Origin: Octopus bimaculoides
Taxonomy: Eukaryota
Assembly (NCBI RefSeq): GCF_001194135.2
Contig: NC_068983.1
Coordinates: 69,805,354-69,869,353, forward strand
Direction: 5' to 3'
Length of the DNA stretch: 64,000 nucleotides
Shown: positions 41,703-56,329 of the stretch, in pieces
How the letters are laid out: every line of letters starts with the position of its first letter
Position numbering within the stretch: position 1 is the first letter of the stretch
Translations under genes and position numbers: made by a program
The notes under the pieces: model-generated
Databases searched by the model: none
What the model was told of the DNA's origin: nothing
Seen by the model: only the letters and a program-made list of their open reading frames with translations

Positions 41703-44700
41703 GCAGAAACATTAGCATGCTGGACAAAATGTTTAGCAGCATTTCTTCTGGTTTTACAATTTGAGTTCAGATTCCACTGAGGTTGACTTTACTAAGTATC
41801 AGTCAAGAACTGGGGTCAATGTAATCAACTAAACCCCTCCCCAAAAATTTCAGGCCTTGTGCCTATGTAGAAAGAATTATGCTATACACACACACACACA
41901 CACATAATCCTGAGCTGATCCAATACATTAGAAATTATTGAGGATTGACTGAATAATGTAGCATACCAGCCGATAGATCAGCAGTCTGTATTCCATTCCC
42001 ATCATTGCATTTTAACCAGGGTTTTAATCCTTTACAATTCACTTAGAGGACAATTGATATAACAGAACTTATTGACCCAAGCAAACAGTCAAACTGTGAA
42101 ATTTTTTAGAGGCTTGTTAACTTTCAGTGATGAGTTCTGCTCATTATGTGAGTATAGTTTAAAAACAGAACAGGCTCCATTAAGTCTACCTGATTTGAGA
42201 GATGTTATATGAAGACAATAAGCTAGTGAAGGATCCCTTATGTAGTTGCTCAGCCAGCTAGAAATATCAGCCAAATCTCATTTAAACTCTTACCACAACA
42301 TTTTATAAAGCATATATTGAACATGATAACCTGAGATTCACTGTTTATATTAAAAAAATAATAAACAGCATGGTCATGGCTTGAATATCTTTTATGATAG
42401 GCCTTTTGCATCAGGGCTGACCAAAACAACATCAGCAACTCTAAGTTCCTTTGGAGCCAATGGACCAAATTCTAGATGTCACTCTTAGGTTTGTTGAACC
42501 TATATGCCTTCTGAAAAGTAACATCTTTTAGAAATGACACAAACATATACAAATATGCTACACACTTAAATTAAAGAAATAACAAATCAAGGAAAATGCT
42601 TGAATGGATAAAGATCTCAGCTACTTGTCTAACCTCATTATTCACACAGGGGACATCTTTTACCTTTTCAATTAGCTGAAGATGAAGCATTAAGTCTACT
42701 GTAGAAGTAGTCCATTGTCCTATTCAGTGAGGAAATTTTCTCTCATCTGCATAAGCCAACGTAAGCAAGAGAGAGTTATGAACCATTATTGATTATGGAC
42801 AGATGAACCGATTAACTAAAAGTAATTTTTTAAGTTTCTGTAGAAAAAAGTCAGACAGGTAACCAGTATAACTTTGATCAATTAATCTCTTTGTTTAATA
42901 GCCTAAGATAAATACGAAGAAGAACTGGTATCAAGAAACAAGAAACATTCACTTCTTTGTAGCAGACTAAAGTCCCTTCCGAAAGAAGTGATATGGCTCA
43001 TCTGATAATAACTTCCAAAAGTAGTTTTAAACAAAGCCATTATGAATCCCTACAATTTATAAAGAATTAACTAAATTCTATTCCTATTCAGATGAAAAGC
43101 AACTCTCCTTTAAGATAGGGAACCAGTCAAACTTGAATATTATTCCTATAAGATATAGTAACTATTTTCAACTGTTATAAAAATTATTAATATATAATTG
43201 TTTAAATTATTTGAAAGTTATGGAATTATTTCATTAGCAGAATGAGTAAATTGGCTCTTAAAAATTATAAGTCACTATGTTAGACTATGGCTGAGACTAG
43301 CATGTTAGGCAAGAAAGCTGAATGAAAGTGCTCATAGAATTTGCAAGCCCATTCAATCTGGTGAACTTCATGTCACAAATTCTTAGTTTCAGTATCTAAA
43401 AATAATGCCTGAAGGGAAAATGCAGACAGGGTGAGAACCAGGGTTCAAGTTCAAATGATTGCCACAGAGTGAACCTTACTAAAGGCACTGAAGGACCAGG
43501 TGGTATGTTGAACTGTATGACATCTTAGGCTTACCACCCAAATGCCAATACAATTTTAAAATCTCAAAGTCCATAAATATCTACCACAAACATCCACAAT
43601 AATATATATGCAACAATCTAAATAGACATTATATATATTCTTAATAAATATTTATAAAATTGTGCATGTATTTTCCTCTCTCTCTTTTTTTTCTTCTTCT
43701 GTTTTTACTTTTCCATCATTTACTCATTAATCATTGACATAATTAATAATCTAATTAAGTGCATTAATTTCTGACATTGCATGGAAACATTAAAGAAGAA
43801 AAAAAATTACTCCCACAAATTAGTAGAACTTCTGGCAATAAAATTTGTCTGTTGATGCTAGAAAATATGCATTTCAATAAATTTTCAAAAAATTTTAAAA
43901 TTCAGAAAAGTTTAGGGAAATAGCTGTAACTATATTTATTAGTTTTATTAAACTGTTAAACAAAGTAGAAGTTAGTGAAAGCTTCTTACATAAAACTATG
44001 GTACACATTTTGCCAACTGAAATCTCATTATAATTCATGAAATAATTGAATTAGCATTGAAATATATTTAATTATGAATATTCTAATAGAGGCAATTCAA
44101 AGAAGGTTGGTAACTTGTAGCAAGACTGATCTGTTGTGGACTGGTTTCAAAAGGTGGGCTTCAAAAGTTGTGATGGTATATTTTTAAGAAGTTTGCTTCA
44201 CAACCACATGATTCTGAGTTCAATTTCAATGCATGGCAACTTGGATAAGTGTCTACACACACACACATTCTCACATACTCATTAGAGCACCAACCAAAAT
44301 GCCTTGCAGTATTTGTATTGATTCTCTGCAAACTGAGTTTAAATCCTTTCAGTGACAAAAGAAAAAAATTAAGGTATTGAATTAAGGCCATGGATAGGCT
44401 GATGCATAAGAATGTCAATATGCCTTGTGATATTTATTCTGGCTGTTTGTGTTTTGAGTTCAAACCCCACCATGGCCTGCTTGGGTGGCTGACTTAGTCT
44501 ACCAACTGGTCTAACACCACCATCTAGCACCTTGGGTGCTCTTAGTAGAGATCACTCCGCTGCAAGAAATAAGACCAGTTCTCTAGCTTGAGGATATCCT
44601 CCTCCTTCCATTTCATTTGTCTTGCAGTCTTTTGAAGAGGGTCACGAATACTGCCTCCTACCCACCAACCCACTGACTAAAAGATGGTAAAAGACCCCTT

Positions 44701-44998
44701 CCACATACACATGAACACAACTCACACATACATACACATCTGTAAGTGTATGTGTATTTTTTACTGTTTTAAGTTGTATTGTCCACTAGTTTCAGTCATT
44801 AGATTGTGGCCGTGCTGGGGCACCACTTTGAAAAATTTTAGTTGAACAAATCAACCCCAGTACTTTTTTTAAAACCTTATACTTATTCTATTAATCCTTT
44901 GCCAAACCGCTCAGTTATGGGACATAAACACACCAAAACTAGTTGTCAAGCAGTTGTGAGAGGCAAGCACAGTCACAAAAACATATATACTTAAATAC

Positions 44999-45034
<36 letters not shown>

Positions 45035-45429
45035 GAAAGGCATTTCCCAGTTTCTGCCTACCAAATCTACTCTCAGGGCTTTGGTTGGCCAGCTATACAT
45101 TAACTAAAGATATAAGCATTGGTGAGAAAACAAAAACCTGATGACACTTCCTTGTCATTCTTACTGCCAGAAATGATGATAACTGGAGTGAAATGAAGTA
45201 AACCAGTGATTGCCCATTCAGAACCTGTAGCTAACAATATCAGTGTTCACATATTGTAATATAAAATATATAAATAAATATATACTTATAACTAGCTTCA
45301 TATTTAGATATAACAACTATATCATGACTTAGATGACTGTTAATAGTTCTGTCTATTATGCAGTGTCATTGAATGTAATGAAGATGTTTCAACAAAATGT
45401 CATTAAATTATGATGAAGATAAAGGTAAA

Positions 45430-45780
45430 GAGCCCCTTCAGTCATGTATGACCACGGGATTGCACCTAGAAAGTTCCCCTCCAAGGCACAAGTCAGGCGA
45501 GGTTGTATATGGAAGACCAGCAGTCACCCATGCATACCAGCCTCTCCTCTCCGTGGCACTGATGTTATCCAAGGGAAAAGCAAAGGCCGATAGAGCTTGG
45601 CACCAGTGACATCGCAACTCATGTTGGTGTGCTTATGTCCCCATAACTTAGTGGTTCGGCAAAAGACTGTAATAGAATAAGTACTAGGCTTACAAAGAAT
45701 AAGTCCTGGGGTCGATTTGCTCGACTAAAGGTGGTGCTCTAGCATGGCCACAGTCAAATGACTGAAACAAGTAAAAGGAT
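45430..45780. mobile_element. juxtaposed fragments of SINE family 4 (-) and family 1 tail (+)
   Basis: Direct similarity to 19891-20090 and 36660-36820. Confidence 0.7.
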
Positions 45781-46899
45781 AAAGGAATAAAAGAATAGTA
45801 GATAGAACTATTAATCAACAAAAACAAAAATGAATAAAACAGGTTTTGTGCGTTCTTAAATAACTGAAGTAATTCTTTTAAAACTGTTACAGTTTTAATA
45901 TGCAGTCATTTACCAAAAACACCTCTGGAATTATTGGTAGATAAATAGATAGATAAACCTCAACTGTTTTCACTCTATCTGTCTGTTTGTCTGTCTATTT
46001 ATCTATCTGTCTATCTATCCTTATTGTTTTAATAGCCTGCAAGAAGAAAAAAAATTATGTAACTGAGCATTAAAGAGTTAATGATGGCAATTTTTAATAT
46101 TTATACATCTTATTTTCATCTTTTATCTTTGTATATGATTTCATTTATGGCTTTTCTTGCACTTGTCACAATATATCCCTGAGGTATACATTCAGCACAT
46201 GACTATAACACACACACACACTCAGACATATGCACGCGCATACATGCATGTGTGTGCTCACACACATGAAGACACACATTGTGTGTTGTTTTTTTTTCCT
46301 GTTAATGGAGCATGTTTTATTATATATTGATGTAATTTATGTCTTTGACTGTATGTAGTTAGCATGCTTGTCTGTAGATGTGGTGCAGCAACAATGCATA
46401 TGCATATATAGAAAGAGAGAGTCTTATTTCTTAGACAACAAAACTATGGAATTTTGGCTCATTGGTAATGTGATTTGATCAACAACATTGAGTTTATTGT
46501 CATTCAATAAAACATTAGGATTGATATAATCAACTAACCCCTCCCCACAAATTTCTAGCCTTATACCTATTTTAAAAATTATTATTATTATTATTATTAA
46601 TATTATTATTATTATTTTTATTACTATTATTATTATTATTATTATTATTAAGATGGCATGCTGGCAGAATCATTATTGCACTGAACAAAAATTGCTTAGT
46701 GATATTTTTTCTGGTTTTACTTTTCCGAGTTCAAATGCCACTGAGGTTGACTTTGCGTTTTCATATTTTTAAGATTGATGGAAATAACTACCAGCTGTAT
46801 ACTAGGGTCGAAGTAATCGATTAGACCCCCTCCCCTAAAATTTCAGGGACCACCATCATGATCATCATCATTGCTGCCGCTGCCACCGTCGTCATCGTC

Positions 46900-47900
46900 A
46901 TGTCATCATCATCATCATCATCAAGGCAGAGCAGCATTTCATCCATCTTTCTTAGGATTCTTGCAGAATATAGGATGGAACTTTTCTGTCTTTTGACAAT
47001 GCAAGTTTTACTTCCAATATCTTTCAGTCTTTTAGGCAGCATTTTGGGTGTTGTGCCAAGTACACCAACTATTATAGGAATAATTGTTGTCTTTGTCTTC
47101 CACAGTCTCTTCAGCTCCCTGGCTAGATCCTGATATTTGTTAAGTTTTTTCAATTTCTTTGGTATTGACTCTGATATAAGGAACTGCAATGTCTATGATC
47201 ATACACTGTTTGTTTATTCTGTTCTCTGTAATCATATCTGGTCTTCTTGCTTCAATAGTATGGTTAGTCTTTATTGGGAAGTCTCATAAAATTGTGTGAT
47301 ACTCATTTTCTATCACAGCCTCTGGTTTGTGTTTATACCACTTTTCTGTTACCTACACAATCATGTCTGTGCTTATACTATTTTTCTACTTGTATACTGC
47401 ACTCACTCAAGAGATGATTGATACTTTCATTTCCATTTCTGTAGATTCTACATTTGCTGTCTGACTAAGTTTTGATGATCTTTGTCTTTATCATATTTGT
47501 TCCATGGCTTGTTCCTGAGCAGCTATAATTAGTATTTTGGTCTCTCATTTCAGGTTCTTGTCTGTTAGCCAGAGCCAGCAATTTTTACTTCCAATATTCT
47601 GTTTGTTACATGAATTGGCCATGTATTTCCATTTGCTTGCTCTCTTGTTCTTTCTTTTAATTCTTCCATGTTTCATTCACTTTTTCAGTATCTCCAACTG
47701 CCAACAGTATTCTTTCTTTATTCTGCACAATATAATTTTTCCATCCCATTATCATGATACTAATGGAGTCTTCTGTGTTTAGTAAATCCTCTGCCTTCTT
47801 CCTTTCTTGGTAGACAGAGTCTGTTAGTTTTACTTTTAGGATGGTGTGCATTGTGTATTCTCAGCATCTCTTCAGTTCTATCCAAGAAGCATTTCATTTC
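46900..47900 (-). mobile_element. R4/Dong-clade non-LTR retrotransposon 3' portion (zinc knuckle + restriction-like endonuclease)
   Basis: SKCRI...ESINHLLSEC, RRPDM, IIDIAVP, KYQDLARELKRLWKTKTTIIPIIVGVLG, ARILRK; (GAT)n tail. Confidence 0.8.
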
Positions 47901-50900
47901 TTCTAGCTCTTTATGTCCTGAGTTCAAATTCTGCTGAAGTTGACTTTGACTTTTATCCTATTAGGGTTGATTAAATAAGTACCAGTCAAGCACTGGAATT
48001 GATGTAATGGATAAGCCCCCTGAGTGTAATTAGTCAGAACAAATATCGCAGGGCATGTTGCCCAACTCTCTGATAATTCTGCCAATTTGTTGCTAATAGG
48101 TAACATAGTCTTGCTTACACAGTGCCAGGTATAATAGCAAAATAATCACTACTAGAACACGTTTTATCAAAGGTCTTTCCTATTGAGACTGAGTTGGGGT
48201 TGGAGTTCATACAAGCACTCTTATCTAAAGGATACTCTAATCAGTAACCTTTGGCTGGTATAAAAATTTTTGTTCATATTATTCAATATTGTATTATTAT
48301 ATAATGATCAATCCCTGGACAGGCCTATGATCAAAGTTGTTTTAACTACAATCAAAGATGGTGCAGCCTCCTGGTTTGCCAGTCCTCAGTCAAACCATCC
48401 AAACCATGCCAGCATGGAAAGCGGATGTTAAACGACAATGATGGTCATGATGATGAAAAATGTACTACATTTAGCCATTCTATTTTTGCGTATGGCCATA
48501 GCTACATCATCTGATACATATGTTTTTTTTTCGTTAAGATGGTAGAGTGAGATATAAGGTAGATTTGGCTGCTGTTTCTAACAGATGGAGTTACTGAGTA
48601 GAAAATCTCTCATTGTCATATATTCTACATAGTTGTTAATCAGCTTAATGTAGCAACCATATCTTTTCAGCAAACGGAATGCTTTTGTTCAGTTTGCAAA
48701 TTCTGAGTCTTATGACTTCCTAGCAAAGCTGCTTAGGAATATTCAATGAAAAATATTTATGCTATGTTAGATAAAACAACAATAAAATAATGGTAAGAGC
48801 TTTCTTTTAACTGTTTGGTACTCATCACTTACAGAAGAAAACAGTATTTTTCCTGCCCCTCTTCTTTCTTCAAGAAAGACCATTTTCTTTACGTCATATC
48901 ATATGGAGAACATACATAGTCGCAGCTATTGTTGTTTGGCCTCTGTCTGTGCTTATTTAGCAGAGCTTTGATTGATGATGTACCAGCTGAGGTAATTTAG
49001 TATTTTCCAGGCATAGTAAATCTAGGAATACATTAGTTAAATGTATCTTTTAAGCATAGATTTGATTGTAATCTGTCACATGTCAAGCATCTATGTAAAG
49101 GCTCTGCTGTTTGTTTATGTGAGGTTATTGTGGTAATAAGTATATAGACCCAGCTCTGTCTTCATCAACCAAATATATGATCAAAAGATCTTCCAACCAG
49201 GAGAATTTGACTTTCTTTCATGTACTATATGCATTCATCATTGTTATTTTTAAAGGTGTTATTTGAGGGAGATTTAGCTGCTGTCTATAGTGTGTCAAGT
49301 ATCCTTATAGAGGCTCTGTCATTTGTTTGAGCAAAATTGTTTTTGTCGTTTAGGTCATGTCTATCCAATGTGAATATGGGACATTTTGTTGTTATTAAGC
49401 ATCTTGCATAAAGCCCCAGTCATTTGTTCAAGCAAAGTACAAAGTTCAAGCAGTAATAGTGAAACCTGTATAGTTGTATATTAACCAAAAGAGCTTTCAT
49501 GATACAATGAGAGAAAACAAAGAAGCTATATCAGTAATTACATCAAGTAACATTTAATAATGGTTTCAAAGTTTGGCACAAGGCCAGCAATTTTGAGGGA
49601 TGAAGTAAGTCAATTACGTTGACTCATGTTCAACAGGTTCTTGTTTTATTAACACCAAAAAGGGTGAAAGGTAAGGTTGACCTTGGAGAAATTTGAACTC
49701 AGAATGTAAAGATGGACAAAATGCTGCCAAGCATTTTGCCCAATGCAGTAATGATTCTGACAGCTCACCCCTTTTAAGCAACATTTAATATTCTCAAGGT
49801 TTATGGGTCTGAATTTTAGCAACTTAATTATTCAACTTATTTTCCTGCCTCCCATGAAGGCATTATTTCAGTATTTCCTTGTAACTGTGCTTTACTCTCT
49901 TATAACCTATCTTCCCTGCTCACATATACTCCACTAAAGACTTGTTGGATAAATGCTAATGAAATACTTGACTTTTTTCTTGACCAGGACCATCCATCAA
50001 TGAGGGATCTACCATACTATCAAAATTTATATATTACAAAGTTAGGTACAGGAATAGCTGTGTTGCAGGGAGAAATGACTGCTGATTTATTGGAATTTCT
50101 TAATTGAAATAATCATTAATAAGACTGAGTTATGGACATGTTAGGCTTATTCTTGAGCCATCATAAAAATTGAAACATACAGCTGAACAAGTACCAACAT
50201 GTAAATGGTGGGCTTCCAAACTAAACCTACAATTTAACTTCATCTTCAAGTGGAAACTATTGCACCTTTACTAGAAATGGGAATGTCACGACTACTATTT
50301 TCCATTCTCCTTTTCAGTTTAATGGTTACCTAATGAAGACAATGAAGTACCATTCCATTGTGTCTTCATTAAGACACCATCTCACTGCTTCATCAGAAAA
50401 TGTCTAAATATAGATATGAGGATTTTTAAAGAAATGGCATATTTTTATGGAACCCAAACACTGCAGCTTAACTCATTTCAAATATTTCAGCTTTACCCTT
50501 TTGATATCAAACTGCCTGAGGTCACCTTTGAGTCTGATATAAGCATCCCATTTTAAAATGATCTGAAACAATGCCTTCCATTTAAAATTTAATATTTATG
50601 CTCCAAACACCAACTAAATAGTAACAAAGTTATTTTACTAAAGTGTTCAGTATTTTCAAAATTAATTGAAATGAAAGCAGTATTACTCAACTGCAATTTG
50701 GTGACAAAATGCTTAACTTAACTCAAATACTTTAATGTAGCTCAAAACCAACGTACCAGCTTATCTCAATTCAAATATTCAGTTAATCTTAACTTCACCC
50801 AAATACTAAATGAAAAATATTCATTACAAAGAGATGGCATGACCAACTGGATTAAGGAAAGTACAGAATGCTTTCTAATTCCCAAAGGGCTTTTAAGGGC

Positions 50901-51740
50901 ATGCAATTATTTTTGATTTCACAGTGTTAAGCAGATGAGAAAGAATATCAACTCAACCTGTATTTGATACATATTTGTGAGAGGTAACATTTGCAAATGA
51001 TTTGGTATCTACACCTCCTGGCAGATTACTTGAGATTACACAGGATAAAACATTCTACTGAGAAACATAAGTGAATTTGAATTCATCATCTTTGGACAGT
51101 TAGTGTAATACCTTATCCACTCACACATCCATCTTCTATAAAGAGGGATTAGATGCTGATGCATAACTTTATATGTCATAACTTTTTTGTACATAGGGTA
51201 GGTATTTATATGTTGTTTTTGTTTCAATTTATTCCTACTCCTGTGTTAAAAGGCATTCCAGTCATCAGGGGAGATTTTGTTGCTATTTCTAGCAGTTTAT
51301 GTGATAACATGGAGGCTCTTTTAGTGGCTTCATTAAAGTGGAAGGCTTGATAAAATAGGTGCTTTTATTTCAGCAGTGGGATTTTTCTGTTTTTTCGTTA
51401 TTCTGAGATAGTTAATAGGGTTTATTCCAGTGCAATTAACAAGTTAAGCAGATACAGAGTACAGGAGAAAGCTAATCTGTGACTGACCAAAAGTTTAGCC
51501 AAAAGAAAATGTAATACATAGTGAGAAGATAACGTTTTACTCTCTCGAATGAAACACAAAGAGATCAAATCCTATCAGTGGTTTAGAGAAGGCATTAAGC
51601 AAAGAATTGAATGAATTCCTTACCTTTATCATTTGGTTTCAGAGAAGATGATTAAATATAGAGAAAAGAAGACAGAAAATGAATGTGTATGAGAGAGAGG
51701 GAGAGAGAGAAAGAGAAAGCGAGAGAGAGAGAGAGAGAAA

Positions 51741-51782
<42 letters not shown>

Positions 51783-51848
51783 TAAGAGAGTCAAAATGAG
51801 AATGGCTTGCAGTAGCAAACTTATTTCAACATTGGAATATTACTATGT

Positions 51849-52053
51849 CAATTGCATCATGGAAGGTGTTTATAAGCCATTTAAAATAACACACAAAAAC
51901 TGTGCATCTCAGCACAGAATTTTGTCAGTGAACAGGTCGCAGTCTCAAAGTGACGAAAATATTTTGACAAATTAAATTTAAATGTTGAAGTGAATCTAAC
52001 GGTTTTTGTGTGTTATTTTAAATGGCTTATAAACACCTTCCATGCTGCAATTG
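51849..52053. mobile_element. MITE-like element with 52 bp inverted repeats
   Basis: 51849-51900 vs reverse complement of 52002-52053: one mismatch. Confidence 0.75.
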
Positions 52054-54850
52054 TTTTCGTTCCAGCACACGATCTCAGATCAGGTCACTTGCTATGCAAG
52101 TACATCTCCGTAATATTACTATGGTTTTTATCTTTATGTAGAGATTCAAGTGAGAGATTACACATTTCACTGATATGTTTGTAGACCCATGGAAATATAA
52201 GAATCTATCAAGGTGGCAAACTGACAGAATCATTAGTGCACTGGGCAAAATGCTTAGTGGTATTTCATCCCTCTTTACATTCAGTGTTTAGATTCTGCCA
52301 AGGCTGACTTTGCCTTTCATCCTTTTGGGGTCGATAAAATAAGTATCAGTTGAGTACATTAGTTGATGTAATTGACTTATTCCTACCTCTGAAATTGTCG
52401 GCCTTGTGCCAAAGTTTTAAACCAATATTAGAACCTATCTCTGAAAGCTAATGACACTAGTCAACTCAGTAGGGTTAATGATGCCATTGTTGTTGTTGTT
52501 TAGCTCAAAGCCAACCCTTATTAAGTAGAAGTATTTCAGCCATAACTAATCTGAATTTTTATGAATACCTTGATTATATTATCAAGAATGTGTCCTTTGT
52601 CCTCTTTTTCAAGCCATCAAAGTGTGATTTAAGTTGAAACATAGATGCTCCTTTACTGGCCCATTGTTATTGTAGCAGTTGTAGAATAAAAGAAATAGGC
52701 AGAACAAAAAAATAGGTCTCCAGTTCTGGTGAAACAACCATATTCTCAAACTTCAGAGTGAAGAAACAACCTTTATTAGGATTGTTACATAGACTGGCAA
52801 ATTAGCAGCTTCATTAGGGCACTGGATAGACCACCTTGAAGTATTTATTTAAGTGTTCCATACAGTGAGTTCAAATTCCGCTCAGGTCACCATTGCCTTT
52901 TATTCCTTTGTCACCTACTCAACCCAAGAATTGCATTAGTGGTGTGTGTGTCTACAGAATACTCAGCCACTTACATGTTCATATAAAGAGTTGGACATTC
53001 AGTTATTCAAATAAACTAAATGCTTGGCATCAAATGTGAGAGAGGGTGCTTCATAGACTGCGAGAGTCAAGGTTACAAAAGTTGTGATATTCACATCTTT
53101 TCCAAAATTATTGGAAGGTAAGTTTAGAAAATGAATTCTAGCCGGGAATTAAAACTAGTTCATTGAAAACTTATTGCCAATAGAGAGAGTGAACCAACGA
53201 TGGAAGGCCTCTATATGGTCACTTAATCTGTTGGAAATAGCAACCAAATCTCCCTAAAAATGAAACAACCACACCATATTAAACAAGAAGTATATATTGA
53301 ATGATGCAACACTAGATATACCTAAAACAGAGATAGTCATAGCTGACGGTTTAACCAAACGCTTAAATCCCATAAAATGTCGTTTGAGTTGTAATAATCT
53401 TTACACTATTTTCATTGAGAGGTAATGGTTCCAGCAACTTAGAATTAGTACTGTTTGAAGAAAAAACTACTAAATTCCAAGAGAAACAAACATTGCTTAA
53501 CTCTGAGTCTCAGCTTGAGGATTAACACTGGTTTAAACATTTAGAATGTTCTAACCAGAGTGCGATGTCACTGCATAGGTTATCTAAATCTACAGACTCC
53601 ACTTTGTCTGACTAAAGAAAAGAAACATCCTCTGTTGTCTACATCGAGGTTACATGGTTAACTCGACTATGTTAACACTAAATTGTAAAAGGAAATTTAT
53701 CCAACAAATAAAACATCAGATTTACTTGAGAATGAACAAATGGATGTAAAACAGTAAACGTTAAAGAAGAAAGAATCGCATTATGTCAGACAGGTAAGTA
53801 TACACCAGACAAATCATACAGGTGAGTATATAAATAAAACAGGTGATAAGACAAATTAATATATGGGTAAAACAGGTTTTATACGTCAGGATATATATAA
53901 GTAGCAGAAACCTGTTCAATGTTAGCATACTTGAGAAAAGTTATATAGATCAATAAATATCACAGTTTGAAATTCATCTTAATTACAGAATTCAAAGACG
54001 TAAATTATGAAATGGGATAATTATAGTATTTATGAAATAATATCATAAATATACCGTATTTATAGTATAAACAATATGTATAGGTGTGTGAGTGTGTCTC
54101 CGTATGACTGTATATATGCGAGCGTATGTCCGCGCATAAAAAAACAGAAAAATTGCTGCTTTGCGAACAAACTCATGAGGTATTTGTTCTGGGCATTAGT
54201 AGACCAGATTTGAATTCGCTGGAAGCCTGGAACCATCGACGCTACAGTTCAGTAATTGCTATATAAATGACGATTAGCTTTCAGTGTTGTCTCTCAACGG
54301 AAAGTAAGTCAATAAGAATAGCTATCGTTTAATGATTTAATAAAAAAAATAATAATGACCTTACTGTGTACAATTCTCAGATGCACCTCAGACTCATCAA
54401 AAATAAATAAATAAATAAATAAAAGGAAAACGAGAACAGAAAGCAGCTATAATAAAAAAAAAATGTCCAGTGATGAAAATAGCAATGACAGCCAAAAATG
54501 CGTATTCTAAATAAAACTCAAACAGACGGGAAAGTGAACAGTGAAAGGGCCGCAAAGAGAAACGAGTGCACGTCGGGTATAGTATTGGTGAGCTTCGAAA
54601 ATTGGGAATTTTTGAAGCATACCAAAGACAGCGAATAACCAACGAAGATAGTTTATTTCATGTCTTGAAAAGAGGAGTTATACCAGAATGATAAAAAGCA
54701 AAGTTGCCCCCAGCAATTTCCCCCCAAGCATCGATTTTCTTTCGACATCGACTGATTAAATTCCTATAAATATTATCCAGTTCTCCATGACGTGTGTTAG
54801 AGTATTTACGGTGCAGAGGAACGAAATCGAAGACTACAATTTTTATTATA

Positions 54851-55095
54851 TCTCGGGCCGACCAAAGCCTTGTGAGTGGATTTGGTAGACGGAAACTGAA
54901 AGAAGCCCGTCGTATATGTGTGTGTGTGTGTGAGTGAGTATCTACGTATGTGTGTGTCCCCCGCTTGACAACTGGTGTTGGTGTATTTATGTCTCCGTAA
55001 CTTAGCGGTTTGGCAAAATAGTTCGATAGAATAAATACCAGGCTTAAAAAATACATTCGCCTATAAATTCTAATGACTGAAACAAGTAAAAGATA
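54851..55095 (+). mobile_element. SINE family 1, 5'-truncated
   Basis: CTCGGGCCGACCAAAGCCTTGTGAGTGGATTTGGTAGACGG matches the 36.5 kb copy. Confidence 0.8.
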
Positions 55096-55106
55096 ATAAA
55101 TATATA

Positions 55107-55200
55107 CCGTGTTTCCCTGAAAATAAGACCTGGTCTTATATTAATTTTGCATCCAAAAAAACGCACTAGGGCTTTATTTTCAGGGGATGTCTAATATTTT
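55107..55200. mobile_element. pogo/Tigger-like terminal fragment
   Basis: TA|CCGTGTTTCCCTGAAAATAAGACC with an internal inverted copy CTTTATTTTCAGGGG. Confidence 0.5.
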
Positions 55201-55411
55201 TGCGGAAAAAAATATATATATAACAAATTAAAATTTGCACTAGAAAAAGACTTAGTTCTAATTGAAAGCAACTCGAAGTCTTTAACATAGTGAAACAAGG
55301 ATGCATCTATAAATTTAATCGTGAAATTAGTAATAAACGCATTATAGAATGTAGAATTTTCCCTTGATCGGATAGTTTTAATTTCTACGGACTTTCCTTT
55401 AGAATTTGGAG

Positions 55412-55633
55412 CAGTAGTTCCCAAAGTTTTTTTAGCTGCCGCCCAAATTGGCACCCAGTCCACATTCCCCCTCCCCATCACAAATATTGACCACTTTCTG
55501 CAGCAAATTTAAAACAGCTGTATTTCACAAATAAAACATAAACCTAATTACCCTATTAATGTTTTTTTTTACATCCCACTGGATCTTTCCACTATCCCCA
55601 GAGGGGCAATACCTCTCACTTTGGGAACCACTG
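55412..55633. mobile_element. hAT-type MITE
   Basis: TIRs CAGTAGTTCCCAAAGT / ACTTTGGGAACCACTG; flanking 8-mers ATTTGGAG and ATCGGGTG match at 5 of 8. Confidence 0.7.
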
Positions 55634-56044
55634 ATCGGGTGTCTAGATATTCCATTATAGATGTAGAACACTACGTCAGCGCTTGTCAAGGGACTTAACT
55701 TTTCAAACAAAGGTATAATTTCCTGTTAAAAGTTGTTTCCCTTTAATAAAATAATTTGTTATAGCGAAGATGAAAAGTGAGGACCAGGTATAAACAACAT
55801 ATAGCACGCGTAACGTCATGGTCATGTTAAGATGACAGATTTTATTGAAATTTTAAGTAGTATACAGCACATAAGATTCTCGTATCTTAACTTCTGAGAA
55901 CGACTCCGAAGAGCACGCCTCTAGCGTTGATTTAAAGTCGCTATGCAACTCAGAGACCCTCGCTACTCCAACCACTAACCAGGAACTAGAGCATGCGGAG
56001 AAACAAAACGAAAGTTCCTTCTGGCTGAATACCTAAGTCCAAAA

Positions 56045-56092
56045 GAAACCTTCCGAACTTCCTTTTCTGACGTCACGTCATCCAATCAAGGT
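56045..56092. promoter_or_regulatory. candidate promoter motif cluster (ETS-like, CRE, CCAAT)
   Basis: CTTCCG 56050, ACTTCC 56057, perfect TGACGTCA 56068-56075, CCAATCA 56082-56088 within 40 bp in CpG-retaining DNA. Confidence 0.45.
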
Positions 56093-56329
56093 CCCTTGCT
56101 TCTTTTTTTCCGCTCGTCTTACCTACTACTCTGGCACATTTTGTTATATAATCCTTAGCTCTGACTCTCTTTTAGTGGTGAGTGTGACTCCATCTTTTCA
56201 AAAAAAAAAAACAAAAAAAAAAATGTTGTTCTTGCCTTTTCTATGTGGTTGCGATGTATTAGTAAGAGCAAACGAATTGTCACATAACTGTCTTCAAAAC
56301 GGGAAAGGAAGAATTGGATAATGGTAATA

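Noticed and set aside
53785-53850. Consensus plus-strand donors CAG|GTAAGT and CAG|GTGAGT
   Set aside because: Part of a degenerate ACAGGT-containing tandem repeat with no convincing upstream acceptor.
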